A DNA stretch of 64,000 bases from an uncultured Spartobacteria bacterium (GCA_938011325.1 CALLUD010000010.1:21724-85723); one strand, 5' to 3'. Shown: positions 40,500 through 56,801, counted from the first letter of the stretch. The notes: generated by a model not told the origin, from the letters alone. Numbers and translations: made by a program.

Positions 40500-42350
40500 A
40501 TGTTCCTCCGTTTGTCCCTTCTCGCCTGTCTTCTCCTGGCCCCGGGTCTCCTGCTCGCCGGCTCCCCGCCTCCCCTTCAGCAGGCGCTCACGATCCACGA
40601 CGACAAGGTCAATGCGCTGCTCGCCCGCATGACGCTCGACGAGAAGATCGGGCAAATGACGCAGGCCGAGCAGGATGCCCTCGAGCACCCCGCCGACATC
40701 GAGCGCTACCACCTCGGCTCCCTTTTGAGCGGTGGCAATTCCGATCCGAAGGCCGGCAATTCCATGGCCGCATGGCGCGACATGGTGGACAGCTACCAGT
40801 CCCACGCCCTTCGCACGCGGCTTGGCATTCCCCTGCTCTACGGCGTCGACTCGGTGCACGGTCACTCGAACGTCATCGGCGCCGTCATCTTCCCGCACAA
40901 CATCGGCCTTGGCTGCACCCGCGACCCCGGCCTCGTGGAGGAAATTTCGCGCATCACCGCACTGGAGACCCGCGCCACGGGCATCAACTGGGTCTTCGCC
41001 CCGTGCGTAACCGTTCCCCGCGACATTCGCTGGGGCCGCACCTACGAAGGCTACGGCGAGTCGCCCGATCTCGCGAAAATGCTCGGCGAGGCCGCTGTCT
41101 TCGGGCTGCAAGGCTCCTCCCTCGACGCGCCAACCAGCGTGCTCGCCTGCGCGAAACACTTCATCGGCGATGGCGGCACCACATTTGGCACCGGCATGCC
41201 GCGCGAGGATGATCCTTCGAAAAACTGGCCGCTCGATCGCGGCGACACGCGCGTCGATTTCCAGACGCTCATGGATCTCCACGGGCAGGGCTACATCGGG
41301 GCGCTCAATGCAGGCGTCGGGTCGATCATGCCCTCCTACAGCAGCTGGAATGGCGAGAAATGCTCCGGCAGCAAGGCGCTGCTCACCGACCTGCTCAAGG
41401 ACAAGCTCGGTTTCCAGGGCTTCCTGATCTCCGACTACAACGCGATCGACGAACTGCCCGGCACGTTCAAGGAGCAGGTCGCGCAATCGATCAACGCCGG
41501 CATGGACATGATGATGATCCCGACGCGCTACCGGCAGTTCATCAGCACGCTTCGCGAGCTGGTCGAGGAGGGCACGGTGCCCATGTCACGCATCGACGAC
41601 GCCGTCCGCCGCATCCTGCGCGTGAAATTCGCAATGGGACTGATGGACCGCTCGACCCGCATTCACTCCGACAAGGCGCTTGTTGACGCGTTTGGATCCG
41701 AGGCGCATCGCGCGGTGGCGCGTCAGGCGGTGCGCGAGTCCCTGGTGCTGCTGAAAAATGAAAACGGCGCACTGCCCCTCTCCCGCGACATGAAGCACAT
41801 TCACGTCGTCGGCGCCGCCGCGAACGATCTCGGCACCCAGTGCGGCGGATGGACCATCGACTGGCAGGGCGGCAGCGGCGACATCACCGAGGGCACCACG
41901 GTGCTGGAGGCGATTCGAGCCGCGGCACCCGATGCGAAGGTCACCTACGCCGCGGACGGCACGCTGGCAAAGGACGCGGACGTCATTGTCGCCGTGATCG
42001 CCGAGCCGCCGTATGCCGAGATGTTCGGTGATCGTGACGACCTGTCGCTGCCCAAGGCGGACGCCGACCTCGTCGCGAAGGCGGCGAAATCCGGCACTCC
42101 GGTCGTGACCATTCTCTTCTCCGGCCGCCCGATGATCCTCGGCAAAACCCTCAACCAGTCGGACGCGTTTATCGCCGCATGGCTTCCAGGCACCGAGGGT
42201 GCGGGCATTGCCGACGTCCTCTTCGGCGATTACGCCCCGACCGGCAAGCTGTCCTTCTCCTGGCCTCGCTCGATGGAGCAGGTCCCGATCCGCATCGGCG
42301 ACAAAAACTACGATCCGCTCTTTCCCTACGGCTTTGGGTTGAGTTTTTAA
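40500..42350 (+). CDS. periplasmic/secreted glycoside hydrolase family 3 (beta-glucosidase/BglX-like)
   Basis: 616 aa with signal peptide [23 protein letters not shown]3 motifs are present ([40 protein letters not shown] with the nucleophile Asp context). Confidence 0.88.
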   Translation: MFLRLSLLACLLLAPGLLLAGSPPPLQQALTIHDDKVNALLARMTLDEKIGQMTQAEQDALEHPADIERYHLGSLLSGGNSDPKAGNSMAAWRDMVDSYQSHALRTRLGIPLLYGVDSVHGHSNVIGAVIFPHNIGLGCTRDPGLVEEISRITALETRATGINWVFAPCVTVPRDIRWGRTYEGYGESPDLAKMLGEAAVFGLQGSSLDAPTSVLACAKHFIGDGGTTFGTGMPREDDPSKNWPLDRGDTRVDFQTLMDLHGQGYIGALNAGVGSIMPSYSSWNGEKCSGSKALLTDLLKDKLGFQGFLISDYNAIDELPGTFKEQVAQSINAGMDMMMIPTRYRQFISTLRELVEEGTVPMSRIDDAVRRILRVKFAMGLMDRSTRIHSDKALVDAFGSEAHRAVARQAVRESLVLLKNENGALPLSRDMKHIHVVGAAANDLGTQCGGWTIDWQGGSGDITEGTTVLEAIRAAAPDAKVTYAADGTLAKDADVIVAVIAEPPYAEMFGDRDDLSLPKADADLVAKAAKSGTPVVTILFSGRPMILGKTLNQSDAFIAAWLPGTEGAGIADVLFGDYAPTGKLSFSWPRSMEQVPIRIGDKNYDPLFPYGFGLSF

Positions 42351-42394
42351 CGCGACAAGGCCGGCTCCCGCGCCTTAATCAATTCCGTTCAAGC

Positions 42395-43654
42395 ATGGAT
42401 AAGATACTCGTTCACGGCGGCTCGACATTGAAGGGCAGCGTCCGCATCAGCGGTTCGAAAAACTCCGCCCTGCCCATTCTCGCCGCCACACTCCTCACAA
42501 AGGAGCCGTGCATCATTCACCGGGTGCCGGACCTGAGCGACATCCACTACATGCTCACGATCCTCAACGAGCTGGGCGCCGAAGTGGAACGCGCCAGCGG
42601 CACCGTGCAGATCAAGGCCGAAAAGGTCGGCACCGTCGCGCCCTACGACATCGTGCGCAAGATGCGCGCCTCCGTTTGCGTGCTCGGCCCGCTGCTCGGC
42701 CGCATGCAGGAGGCGACCGTTTCGCTGCCCGGTGGTTGCGTGATCGGCGACCGCCCCATCGATCTTCATCTCAAGGGATTCGAAGCGCTCGGTGCGGCCG
42801 TGAAAGTCCATGCGGGAGACGTCAAGGTGCTCGCACCGCAGTTGCGCGGCGCCACGATCAACATGCGCGGCAAATACGGTTCGACCGTGCTCGGGACGGA
42901 CAACGTGATGATGGCCGCCGTCCTCGCCGAGGGCACCACGGTCATCGACGGGGCCGCCGAGGAGCCGGAGGTCGTCGACCTCGCCAATTTCCTCAACAAG
43001 ATGGGCGCCAAAATCGAGGGCGCCGGAACCCGCCGGATCATCATCGAGGGCGTGAAGGAGCTGCACGGCGCGGAGCACACCGTCATTCCCGATCGCATCG
43101 AGGCGGGCACGTTTCTCGTCGCCGGTGCCATTGCCGGAGAGGAGATCACGCTGCACAAGGTCAATCCCGATCATCTCAAGTCGGTCACCGACCCGCTTTC
43201 GAAGGCCGGCTACATCATCAATGCCTCCGGCGACCAGCTCACGATTTCCCGCAACGGCACGCGCCATCCGCTCGAGCTGGAAACCGAGCCGTTCCCCGGC
43301 TTCCCCACCGACATGCAGGCGCAGATGTGCGCACTGCTCTCGGTAAGCGAGGGAATCAGCGTCATCACCGAGCACGTCTTCCCGCAGCGTTTCATGCACA
43401 TCGCCGAGCTCAAGCGCATGGGCGCCGACATCGAGCTTCAAAATGCAACCGCCGTCATCAAGGGCGTCGAGCAACTGAGCGGCGCCCCCGTGATGGCGAG
43501 CGACCTCCGCGCCAGCGCCGCGCTGGTGCTTGCAGGTCTCACCGCCGAGGGCACGACGGAAATCAACCGCGTCTACCACATTGACCGCGGCTACGAGAGC
43601 ATCGACGACAAGCTGAACCAGCTCGGCGCCCGTATCGAGCGGGTCAAGGCCTGA
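42395..43654 (+). CDS. murA: UDP-N-acetylglucosamine 1-carboxyvinyltransferase
   Basis: 419 aa from the ATG at 42395: [34 protein letters not shown], with active-site loop context [13 protein letters not shown]. Confidence 0.93.
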   Translation: MDKILVHGGSTLKGSVRISGSKNSALPILAATLLTKEPCIIHRVPDLSDIHYMLTILNELGAEVERASGTVQIKAEKVGTVAPYDIVRKMRASVCVLGPLLGRMQEATVSLPGGCVIGDRPIDLHLKGFEALGAAVKVHAGDVKVLAPQLRGATINMRGKYGSTVLGTDNVMMAAVLAEGTTVIDGAAEEPEVVDLANFLNKMGAKIEGAGTRRIIIEGVKELHGAEHTVIPDRIEAGTFLVAGAIAGEEITLHKVNPDHLKSVTDPLSKAGYIINASGDQLTISRNGTRHPLELETEPFPGFPTDMQAQMCALLSVSEGISVITEHVFPQRFMHIAELKRMGADIELQNATAVIKGVEQLSGAPVMASDLRASAALVLAGLTAEGTTEINRVYHIDRGYESIDDKLNQLGARIERVKA

Positions 43655-45242
43655 ACTGACGCGACCGGCTTACCACCGCCCGCATCGCCTGCCGCATTTC
43701 CTTTTCCAGACGACGGATTCGCGGCGAGGGTTTGGCGAGCAGATTGTTTCTCTCTCCGGGATCGGCCTTGATGTTGTAAAGCTCCGCGTGTTTCGACCCC
43801 ATCATCGTCGTGTAGCGCCACCGGCCCACGCGGATGGAAAACGACCCCCAACCCACCATTGAGAGAATCGTGCGATCCGCTTTCAACGCGTCGCCGCGCA
43901 ACGCAGGCACGAGACTCTCTCCCTCAACTTCCCGCGGAGTCGCCAGGCCGGCGAAAGCACAAACTGTCGGGTAGATATCGACAAGGCTCACCGGCACGTT
44001 CTCCCGGATGCCTCCCGCTGACCCGGGGCGAAGGTCCGCGATCAATAATGTCGACCGCGTCGAGGCCTCCCACAGGGTTTCCTTTCCAAAATGTGTCTTC
44101 TGTCCGAGGTGCCCCCCGTGATCGCTGAAGAGCACGACCACCGTGTTGTCGCGAAGCGGGGAATTCTCCAGCGCGTCGAGGATCAATCCCACGCACTCAT
44201 CGGCAAAAGCCTGCGCCGCCAGGTAATGCCGGAGTGCCTCGGCAATGGCGAGACGCCCGCCATTCCGGCCGCCAATGCGAATGCCCTCCCGCCACACCTT
44301 GCGAGCATTTCCCGCGCCCTTGGCAGCACGAATCCTGGCCTTCGTCACCGCCGGCACGTCCTCCAGGTCCTCCGCACCATCCTCCAGCCACTTCCGGGGA
44401 ACCTTCATCTCCCGCAACGGAAAGCGATCGATAAACTCCTGCGGCACAACCCACGGCGCATGCGGCCGATTGATCCCGCAGGCGATGAATGCCGGCTGGT
44501 CCTCCGGGAGCCTCACCACCTCACCGGTGGCGCGGTCGAGCGCTTCCCCGTCGCGCAAGAGATCCGCGACGAACCCGGCATTCCGCCAATCGTATTGATC
44601 CTCCTTCGCGCCGTCCTCGGTTCCGTAGGAGAGGAATTTGCGAGCCACAGGCGCCCATTGTGAAGGAATCACCTTCCGATGGGTCCCGATGGGACGGTTC
44701 ACCCACACGTCCCAGGAATGAGCGACATCCGGGCCGTCCTCGAAGACATTCCCCACCCCGTCGAAAATCTGGGCGCTGGCGTGAAAGATTTTTCCAATTC
44801 CCACGGCAAAATATCCGCCCTGCCTCAATCGCTGGGGCAGGGTCACCGCCTCCCGCACCACTTTTTTCGGAAGCTGGCGAATGGGCGTGCCGTTGCCGCG
44901 AAAGACATTGGTGCGCGCAGGCAGCATGCCGGTGAGAATCGACAGACGGGACGGAACACAAAGCGGAGCGGCGCAATAGGCCTGGGTGAACGTCACGCCT
45001 CGCGCAGCGAGCCGATCGAGATTCGGAGTCACTCGCGCGGCGACCGAAGCCCGAACGGACGCGTTCGGATAGTATTCGCTCAAAAAGCCGCCCTTTTCGT
45101 TGGCAAGCGAACCGAGGATCGGCCGCATGTCGTCGATGGCGATGAACAGGATGTTCGGGCGTGCATCCGCAGCAGTGGCGGCGCCCGGGAAAAAGCTTCC
45201 CAGCATCGCAATCACGCCGATCGCACGACTCCAGCACTGCAT
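43644..45242 (-). CDS. formylglycine-dependent sulfatase (arylsulfatase family)
   Basis: The signal peptide starts at the ATG at 45242. NILFIAIDDMRP is present, and the sulfatase signature is CAAPLCVPSRLSILTG (C-x-P-x-R). Confidence 0.85.
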   Translation of the reverse strand: MQCWSRAIGVIAMLGSFFPGAATAADARPNILFIAIDDMRPILGSLANEKGGFLSEYYPNASVRASVAARVTPNLDRLAARGVTFTQAYCAAPLCVPSRLSILTGMLPARTNVFRGNGTPIRQLPKKVVREAVTLPQRLRQGGYFAVGIGKIFHASAQIFDGVGNVFEDGPDVAHSWDVWVNRPIGTHRKVIPSQWAPVARKFLSYGTEDGAKEDQYDWRNAGFVADLLRDGEALDRATGEVVRLPEDQPAFIACGINRPHAPWVVPQEFIDRFPLREMKVPRKWLEDGAEDLEDVPAVTKARIRAAKGAGNARKVWREGIRIGGRNGGRLAIAEALRHYLAAQAFADECVGLILDALENSPLRDNTVVVLFSDHGGHLGQKTHFGKETLWEASTRSTLLIADLRPGSAGGIRENVPVSLVDIYPTVCAFAGLATPREVEGESLVPALRGDALKADRTILSMVGWGSFSIRVGRWRYTTMMGSKHAELYNIKADPGERNNLLAKPSPRIRRLEKEMRQAMRAVVSRSRQFRP

Positions 45243-45392
45243 CTCACGCACCATTACTTTTGAAAGGATGCAAAGCGTTAACCCGTTCCGCCAGCGAATC
45301 AAGGCCCGTCGAGCGGTCTGTCACGCGAACGGGTCATTGGAGAGCTGCATTTTCCTTGCGAGCTTTGCATGAAACGCGCTTTTCTGGCGGGC

Positions 45393-48281
<2,889 letters not shown>

Positions 48282-48319
48282 GACGCCGGCCGTTTCGGCT
48301 GAAGTTCATCAAACGAAAC

Positions 48320-48361
48320 ACCGCGCTTTCCGGGAGCTTGCGCTTCCGCGGCGCGGTTTTT
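48320..48361 (+). terminator. rho-independent terminator after acnA (possibly bidirectional with the convergent porin gene)
   Basis: It is a two-tier hairpin. The outer stem is ACCGCGC (48320-48326) pairing with GCGCGGT (48351-48357). The inner stem is CGGGAGC/GCTTCCG with a TTGC loop. A T5 run follows (48357-48361). Confidence 0.6.
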
Positions 48362-48383
48362 CGTCAGCGGGTCAAATGCTCCG

Positions 48384-49826
48384 TCAGAACGTCACGCCCG
48401 CCTGCAGACCGAGAACGAGCGCATTCGGAATGTTGTAGGCGCCACCGGGGTTGATCACCCACTGGATGTTCGGCTGCATGAAAAGGAACTTCGTGATCTG
48501 CGCGCGGTAGCCCCACTCGAAAACGAGTTCGTAGTCCGGGTGCCCACCGCCCATTGCCTCGGTCGCCGCGGCGTAATCGTCGCTGAATTGACCGTAAACG
48601 ACGCCGAACATCGTCTGGTCGTTATCGCGCCCCGGAATCAGGCCCTTGTAGGCAAGGCCGCCGTTCACCTGGAACGGCAGCTTCGCGATGTTCTGCTGCG
48701 GCGAGAATACGAACGCACTCCAGAGCGTGAGGCCCTGATCCGACCCCGGAGCTTCCTGGAAGACCATCTGGTCTGCATGCCAGTAGAAGCCATACGAGTT
48801 CCGCGCGGTCTCCGTCGTGCCAAACTGCGCAAACTCCCACGGCGAGTAATACACGCCAAACCAGTAGTGGCCCGGAAGCCCCTTCATCACGACCGGCTCA
48901 TTGAAGCTCTTCGCGGAGGACTTGCCGTCCGGCTCCGCAACCGCCTTGCCTTCCGCATCCGGCACATTCTTCGCGGACACCTCGCGTTTGAAAAATTCCG
49001 GCGTCCAACCGAACTGCGAGATCAACAGCACGCCATCATCCGACCGGATACTCCAGTCGAGTCCGTGGTAGGCGCGGTCGAACACCCGATTCGACACCTG
49101 GTAAATGCCGAACATCCCATACGTCTCCTTGATCGGCTGCACCCGCAACCGCGCCGCCCAGACGGCCCACGGATACGCGGAAAATTGCGTGTTCACCGGC
49201 AACGCCTGCGGATTTCCGTCGATGCCGTTGTTCATGTAGAGCCAGTAAATCGGCGAAGACGCAAAATCGTCACCCGTCGCGAAGCGGCCCATCTTGAGGC
49301 TGATGCGGTCGTCGAAGAGTTTCTGCTCGAGTGCGAGCCCGAAGAACATCGCCGTCTGGCCGCCGTAAATTTGCTGCACCGTGAACTGATTCCCGAGCGC
49401 GATCTCCGACAGGCTTTGGCCATCGCGGTTCAGGCCGCTCACGGTCAGCGTCGCACCCTTCCATCCCACGAGTTTCTCGAGGCTCAGCTCCACGCCGAAG
49501 AGGAAGTTGTCGGTGTAGGTCGCGGAGAGCTGTCTTCCGCCCACGGGATTGCCCGCGATGTTCGTCGTGTAGGTCGCCGAAATCTCGACACCCTCCTCGT
49601 CGATGTAATTTCGGGTCCCCCAGAAATCGCCGAGCAGCGCATCGCCCTCCCACCACTCGCGGGAGCCGATGTAATTCGAGGGATAGGGATCGTAGTAATC
49701 CCAGAAACGCGAGTGCGTCAACCCCTCGGCGACCGCCCACTCGGGACTGGATAGCTGGGCATTCGCCCACGATACAACACCAAGAACCGCGACCGACAAC
49801 GCCGCAGCGAATTTACGAATATTCAT
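48384..49826 (-). CDS. OprB-family carbohydrate-selective outer-membrane porin
   Basis: The signal peptide MNIRKFAAALSVAVLGVVSWANA starts at the ATG at 49826. The sequence is aromatic-rich with a beta-strand pattern and ends ...LVLGLQAGVTF (terminal Phe). Confidence 0.7.
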   Translation of the reverse strand: MNIRKFAAALSVAVLGVVSWANAQLSSPEWAVAEGLTHSRFWDYYDPYPSNYIGSREWWEGDALLGDFWGTRNYIDEEGVEISATYTTNIAGNPVGGRQLSATYTDNFLFGVELSLEKLVGWKGATLTVSGLNRDGQSLSEIALGNQFTVQQIYGGQTAMFFGLALEQKLFDDRISLKMGRFATGDDFASSPIYWLYMNNGIDGNPQALPVNTQFSAYPWAVWAARLRVQPIKETYGMFGIYQVSNRVFDRAYHGLDWSIRSDDGVLLISQFGWTPEFFKREVSAKNVPDAEGKAVAEPDGKSSAKSFNEPVVMKGLPGHYWFGVYYSPWEFAQFGTTETARNSYGFYWHADQMVFQEAPGSDQGLTLWSAFVFSPQQNIAKLPFQVNGGLAYKGLIPGRDNDQTMFGVVYGQFSDDYAAATEAMGGGHPDYELVFEWGYRAQITKFLFMQPNIQWVINPGGAYNIPNALVLGLQAGVTF

Positions 49827-49827
49827 A

Positions 49828-49857
49828 GGGGAACGGCACGGAGCGTGCCCGATCCCC
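49828..49857 (-). promoter_or_regulatory. stem-loop abutting the porin start codon (possible translation-initiation occluding structure)
   Basis: On the mRNA strand the structure reads GGGGA-UCG-GGCAC-GCUCC-GUGCC-GU-UCCCC, followed by U-AUG. That is two 5-bp stems, ending 1 nt before the start codon. Confidence 0.25.
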
Positions 49858-49935
49858 GGAGAAATGGCAATTTTAATGAACCGCACTCGCGTCCATTTCG
49901 CCGGAAATCAGCAGCCCTCGTTGCGATAACGCAAA

Positions 49936-52467
<2,532 letters not shown>

Positions 52468-52522
52468 GATTCGCGAGCCGGCGAGTTTGCCTGCTGTCGG
52501 TCGAAAAGCAAACCGGGAACTG

Positions 52523-53521
52523 TCAGACCCCCTCGAGCACGAGGGACCCCAGCCGCTTGTTGATCAGCTCCACCTCCGCCGGATCCAGCTGGATCTCGCC
52601 GCCCCTGGCATTCGCCAGCGCCTGCTCCGCATCGCGGGCGCCGACCAGTGCCGCCGTGATGCCCGGTTGCGCGAGGGTCCATGCAATGACGAGCTGTGCA
52701 AGCGTCGCATCGTGGTCCTCGGCAAGATCGCGCAGCGTGCCGAGAAAGCCGTTCACCCGGCGGATGTTCTCAGGCGTGAAATACTCGTTGCGCCCGCGGT
52801 GGTCGGTCGGCGCAAACGTGTGATCGGGCGAAAACTTTCCGGTCAACAACCCGCGTTGCAACGGACTGTAGGCGAGGACCGCCTTGCCATGCTCCAGGCA
52901 ATACGGGATCACGTCCGCCTCGATCCCGCGGTTCACCATGCTGTAGGGCACCTGATTCGAGACAATTCCGACCGTCAGCTCCGCCTCCGCCATCTGCGCC
53001 ACGGAATAATTCGACACGCCGACGGCACGGACCTTCCCTTGATTCACGAGCGTCGCGAACGCCTCCATTGTTTCGTGAATGGGCGTCGTGGGATCCGGCC
53101 AGTGAAGCTGGAGCACGTCGATGTAGTCGGTGCCCAGCCGGCGCAGGCTCGCCTCGCATTCCGCGATCACGCTGTCGTGGCCCGCATAACGAAACGTGCG
53201 CACGCGCCTGCCGTCATTCCCTTCGCTCTCGAAAAAGAATTCCCCGACCTCGGCATCCCAGCGCAGTCCGCACTTCGTGAGAATCTGCAACTTCGAGCGG
53301 TCCAGTCCGCGAATCGCCTCGCCGACGATTTCCTCGCTGCGGCCCTGACCGTAAACCGGCGCCGTGTCGATCGTCGTCACTCCCGCATCCACCGATGCCC
53401 GGATCGCCGCCACCGCGTCCCTGTGTTCCGCACCACCCCACATCCAGCCTCCGATCGCCCACGCGCCAAACACCACCCGTGAAACCTTCACCTCGCTGCC
53501 GTCGAGCTGTCGCATTTCCAT
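52523..53521 (-). CDS. aldo/keto reductase family oxidoreductase
   Basis: 332 aa from the ATG at 53521: [25 protein letters not shown]...[20 protein letters not shown]. The longer track ORF is an upstream extension overlapping rdgB in antisense. Confidence 0.85.
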   Translation of the reverse strand: MEMRQLDGSEVKVSRVVFGAWAIGGWMWGGAEHRDAVAAIRASVDAGVTTIDTAPVYGQGRSEEIVGEAIRGLDRSKLQILTKCGLRWDAEVGEFFFESEGNDGRRVRTFRYAGHDSVIAECEASLRRLGTDYIDVLQLHWPDPTTPIHETMEAFATLVNQGKVRAVGVSNYSVAQMAEAELTVGIVSNQVPYSMVNRGIEADVIPYCLEHGKAVLAYSPLQRGLLTGKFSPDHTFAPTDHRGRNEYFTPENIRRVNGFLGTLRDLAEDHDATLAQLVIAWTLAQPGITAALVGARDAEQALANARGGEIQLDPAEVELINKRLGSLVLEGV

Positions 53522-53597
53522 GCCGCGAGTCTGGCACTGCGACGGCCGGCGGGCAACGACGTTCGACCTTTGCGCCCGGGCGTGATACGGATGCCCG

Positions 53598-54197
53598 ATG
53601 CTCGAACTTCTCGTCGCCACCCGAAACTCCCACAAGACGGCCGAAATCGCCGCCATGCTCGGCGATGGCTTCGTTGTTCGCGATCTCACCTCCCTCGACG
53701 GCGCTCCGGAGGTCGAGGAACACGGCTCGACCTTCGCCGAGAACGCCGCGCTGAAGGCGGCCGCCATCTCGCGGTTCATCAATGGCATCGCGCTGGCCGA
53801 CGACTCCGGCCTCGAAGTCGATGCGCTGGGCGGCGCGCCGGGGGTGTATTCCGCGCGCTTCGCCGGGGAGAACGCGACCGATTACGCGAACAACCAGCTC
53901 CTCCAGGCAAAGCTCAAGGAACTGCCCGACGCTCCACGCACCGCCCGCTTTCGCTGCGTGCTGGCGCTGGCGCGCTGCGGCGAAGTCATCGCGACATTCG
54001 ACGGCAAGGTGGAAGGTCGCGTCGTCGAGACTCCGGTCGGCCCCGGCGGGTTCGGTTACGATCCCCTGTTTGTGCCCGACGGCTACGACCAGACCTTTGG
54101 CGAACTCCCGCCCGAGACAAAGAACGCCATCAGCCATCGCTCCCGGGCGCTTGCACAGTTCGTCGAATGGTTGCGGGCAAATCCAATTTCCGCCTGA
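53598..54197 (+). CDS. rdgB: dITP/XTP pyrophosphatase (RdgB/HAM1 family)
   Basis: 199 aa: LLVATRNSHKTAEI...ALADDSGLEVDALGGAPGVYSARF...GFGYDPLF. Confidence 0.9.
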   Translation: MLELLVATRNSHKTAEIAAMLGDGFVVRDLTSLDGAPEVEEHGSTFAENAALKAAAISRFINGIALADDSGLEVDALGGAPGVYSARFAGENATDYANNQLLQAKLKELPDAPRTARFRCVLALARCGEVIATFDGKVEGRVVETPVGPGGFGYDPLFVPDGYDQTFGELPPETKNAISHRSRALAQFVEWLRANPISA

Positions 54198-54199
54198 CG

Positions 54200-54484
54200 A
54201 TGCCGCCAGGGAAAGCGCGTCCGACCCCGCCGGAGATCTGCCCGGTCTGCGGCGAAGAGGTGCCGCGAAATGCCCTCGCCTGCCCGGAATGCGGCGCCGA
54301 TCACCAATCGGGCTGGCGCGAGGACGCACAGGACGGGCTCGATCTGCCGGAGGCCGACTTCGATTACGACGATTTCGTCGAACGCGAGTTTGGCAGCGGC
54401 TCGAAACGGAATCGGCTCCACCCGGTGTGGTGGATCACCGCCCTCGTGTTGCTGATCGCGATGCTCTGGCTGCTGACGCGATGA
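54200..54484 (+). CDS. zinc-ribbon protein with C-terminal TM anchor (hypothetical)
   Basis: 94 aa from the ATG at 54200, 2 nt after the rdgB stop. The sequence runs CPVCGEEVPRNALACPECG, then an acidic linker, then the TM HPVWWITALVLLIAMLWLL. Confidence 0.5.
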   Translation: MPPGKARPTPPEICPVCGEEVPRNALACPECGADHQSGWREDAQDGLDLPEADFDYDDFVEREFGSGSKRNRLHPVWWITALVLLIAMLWLLTR

Positions 54485-54515
54485 CGCGCCAACGCGCGCC
54501 CGGAAACAAACGGCG

Positions 54516-55295
54516 TCAGCTTTTGCGCACGACCAAGTGGAGTCGTGGCCACCACCAGGAGACACATCCATCCTGCTCCTCGAGGCGGAAGTATTCGCGG
54601 ACCGTCGGCGAGGCGGAACGAACGAGCTCGCGAACCGCGTCCCGATTTTCCGGTGAAGTTCCCGCGGTCTCGAAATACCACTCCAGATCCGGCTGCTTCA
54701 ATCGACTGATCTCGCAACGTTCGACGTGCAGTCCCGCGGCTCCGCAGAGCTTTTTCCATTTCGAGGGCAGGACGAATCGCCCGTGGCTTGGATCGCGCAG
54801 TTTCTCCACTTCATGAATCCACGCCTCCGCCTCCGGAAGCTCATCCGGCGCCGTGCCGTCCACCACAATCAACAATCCCGCCGGCTCGAGGACACGCGCG
54901 GCCTCGTGCACGAACGACGTCACATCGCTGAAATGGTGCGCGGCGACGCGGCAGGTCACAATTTGAAACTCCCGCCCCGGATACGGCAGTTGCTCGGCCG
55001 TGTGCTGGCGCGTCTCGCAAAGGAAACCCTCCTCGTCGAGGAGCCTGGATGCATTTTCCAGCATGCGCGTGGAGACGTCGGAAAGCGTGACGCGGTATCC
55101 GCGCCGCGCGAGCCACAATGCCGTGTGCCCGCCTCCGGTCGCGACATCGAGCGAATTGCCACGCTCGGGCATGACCACCCCCTCGACCGCGAGATCGAGA
55201 TCAGACGTATCGGCAAGCACGTGCGTGCGCCCATAACGATCGCTCTGCCGGTCAAACTGCTCCTGCGAAGCGCGCTGTGAATCGTCGAGATTCAT
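54516..55295 (-). CDS. class I SAM-dependent methyltransferase
   Basis: 259 aa. Motif I is SLDVATGGGHTALWLARRG, followed by VTLSDVS. The start overlaps the upstream stop (ATGA). Confidence 0.8.
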   Translation of the reverse strand: MNLDDSQRASQEQFDRQSDRYGRTHVLADTSDLDLAVEGVVMPERGNSLDVATGGGHTALWLARRGYRVTLSDVSTRMLENASRLLDEEGFLCETRQHTAEQLPYPGREFQIVTCRVAAHHFSDVTSFVHEAARVLEPAGLLIVVDGTAPDELPEAEAWIHEVEKLRDPSHGRFVLPSKWKKLCGAAGLHVERCEISRLKQPDLEWYFETAGTSPENRDAVRELVRSASPTVREYFRLEEQDGCVSWWWPRLHLVVRKS

Positions 55296-55723
55296 CGCAC
55301 TTCGAGAATGAAAACCAGTCGGCCTTTGCCCCAGTTTGGGCCGCGAATGTAGAGTGGAGCCTCACGTGCCAGTCGCACCTCACTGGTCACGAGCAGCTGC
55401 TTCTTCACATAGAGTTCGACCACGACGGTGTAGGAAGTCTTGTCGCGATCAGTGCAGCGCACTTTCAGGAAGATCTGTTTCCGCGGCACGATCCACTCCT
55501 CCGTGCCTTCGCGGATCTTCTTCTCCTTGGCGTTGAGCAGATAGAACGTCTTGTAGCCAAAGACCGTCTTCAGTCCCCCGATGAATGGCTCGAGCTCCTT
55601 CGGCACGGGATCTTCCGACGTGTTCGGGCATCCAAGCACGAGCGCCGCCCAGATGCGGTCCTCCGCCCGAACCGTGGAGGCCACCGCAACGATCGCGAGA
55701 AGCAGGAGGACGCGTCGAATCAT
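55292..55723 (-). CDS. secreted hypothetical protein (143 aa)
   Basis: The signal peptide is MIRRVLLLLAIVAVASTVRA. No family is recognised. It lies between the anti-sigma and methyltransferase genes. Confidence 0.55.
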   Translation of the reverse strand: MIRRVLLLLAIVAVASTVRAEDRIWAALVLGCPNTSEDPVPKELEPFIGGLKTVFGYKTFYLLNAKEKKIREGTEEWIVPRKQIFLKVRCTDRDKTSYTVVVELYVKKQLLVTSEVRLAREAPLYIRGPNWGKGRLVFILEVR

Positions 55724-55729
55724 GCTCGA

Positions 55730-56227
55730 TTACAGCTTTTCGTTGGCCGGGATGTAACCCGGCTCTTCGATCCAGAGCACCGCACCGCGTCCGCCCGGTG
55801 CCTGGAACGCGTAGGTATGGAGCGTCGGGTTGGCGACATGAGTTTCCACGATCTCCGAAACCAGCGGCCCGGAAGCACCGGCCCACGGTTTCACAAGCAC
55901 CGAGAGCCCCGTAGCGAGAACGATCAAAAACGCACCGAGAAATGCCAGCCGGCCAATCGGAAGAAAGCCGCGCCGCGCGGGTTGACGCGCTTCCGCGGCC
56001 CGGGATTCGCGTTCGATCTCCGCGAGCACCTGGCTGTTCACGAAATCCGCATGCGGCATCCGCGCCGGCGCAAGGGATTCGCGCATCATGCCGCGCAGTT
56101 TTGCCCATTCCGCGCGATCCTTCTCCGCCGCATCCCGGTCCGGCAGCTCCCGCTCAAACGCGACGCGCTCCTCCCCGCTCAACTCCCCGTCGAGCCACGC
56201 CGTGTATCGCTCCTCAAAGTTCTTCAT
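55730..56227 (-). CDS. single-pass anti-sigma factor
   Basis: 165 aa. The N-terminal anti-sigma-type helix is ERYTAWLDGELSGEERVAFEREL. The TM is LAFLGAFLIVLATGLSVLV. It overlaps the end of the sigma gene by 14 nt. Confidence 0.65.
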   Translation of the reverse strand: MKNFEERYTAWLDGELSGEERVAFERELPDRDAAEKDRAEWAKLRGMMRESLAPARMPHADFVNSQVLAEIERESRAAEARQPARRGFLPIGRLAFLGAFLIVLATGLSVLVKPWAGASGPLVSEIVETHVANPTLHTYAFQAPGGRGAVLWIEEPGYIPANEKL

Positions 56228-56801
56228 AGAGATCTCGCAGTTCAGTTTGCAGCTTCTTTCGGGCGTAAAACAACCGGGACATCACCGTGCCCATCGAACA
56301 GCCGACGGCTTCGGCGATTTCCTGATAGGACAAATTCTCGATTTCCTTGAGCAGAATCACCGCGCGGTGCTCCGGGCTCAGCGTTTGCAGCGCCCTCTCG
56401 AATCGCTCGCGAATTTCCCCCTGGTCCAGACTTTCGCCCGGTCTGTCCGGCTGCGCGGGAGTCGTTCGCGAAGCGGCGTCGATCGCCATCGGGGCGGACT
56501 CGAACTCCGTTTGCGGATGCGCCTGCCGGCGTCGCACAAGGTCGATCGCGGCATTCGTGGCAATCCGCGACAACCAGCTTCGAAAGCTCGCTGTTCCGTC
56601 GAACCGCGCCAGCCCCTTCCACGCTCGCAGAAACGTCTCCTGCGTCACGTCGAGGGCTTCCTCGCTGTTTCGGACGATGTGATAGGCCACCATGTAAATT
56701 CGCTCCCGGTGGGCCGTGACCAGCTGGTCGAACGCGCGCGTGTCTCCGCGCCTGCTCCTTTCGACGAGGCTTTCCTCGTCCGCCAGTTCGCCACTACCCA
56801 T
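56214..56801 (-). CDS. ECF-type RNA polymerase sigma factor
   Basis: About 195 aa from the ATG at 56801. Motifs: LVERSRRGDTRAFDQLVTAHRERIYMVAYHIV..., FRSWLSRIATNAAIDLVRRR, VILLKEIENLSYQEIAEAVGCSMGTVMSRL. The track start at 56834 is a TTG. Confidence 0.88.
   Translation of the reverse strand: MGSGELADEESLVERSRRGDTRAFDQLVTAHRERIYMVAYHIVRNSEEALDVTQETFLRAWKGLARFDGTASFRSWLSRIATNAAIDLVRRRQAHPQTEFESAPMAIDAASRTTPAQPDRPGESLDQGEIRERFERALQTLSPEHRAVILLKEIENLSYQEIAEAVGCSMGTVMSRLFYARKKLQTELRDLYEEL

Noticed and set aside
53570-54199. The first 210 codons of the 304-aa ORF at 53570-54484.
   Set aside because: They overlap rdgB in another frame and translate to Arg-rich nonsense. Only the last 94 codons (a zinc-ribbon plus TM) look like a gene.
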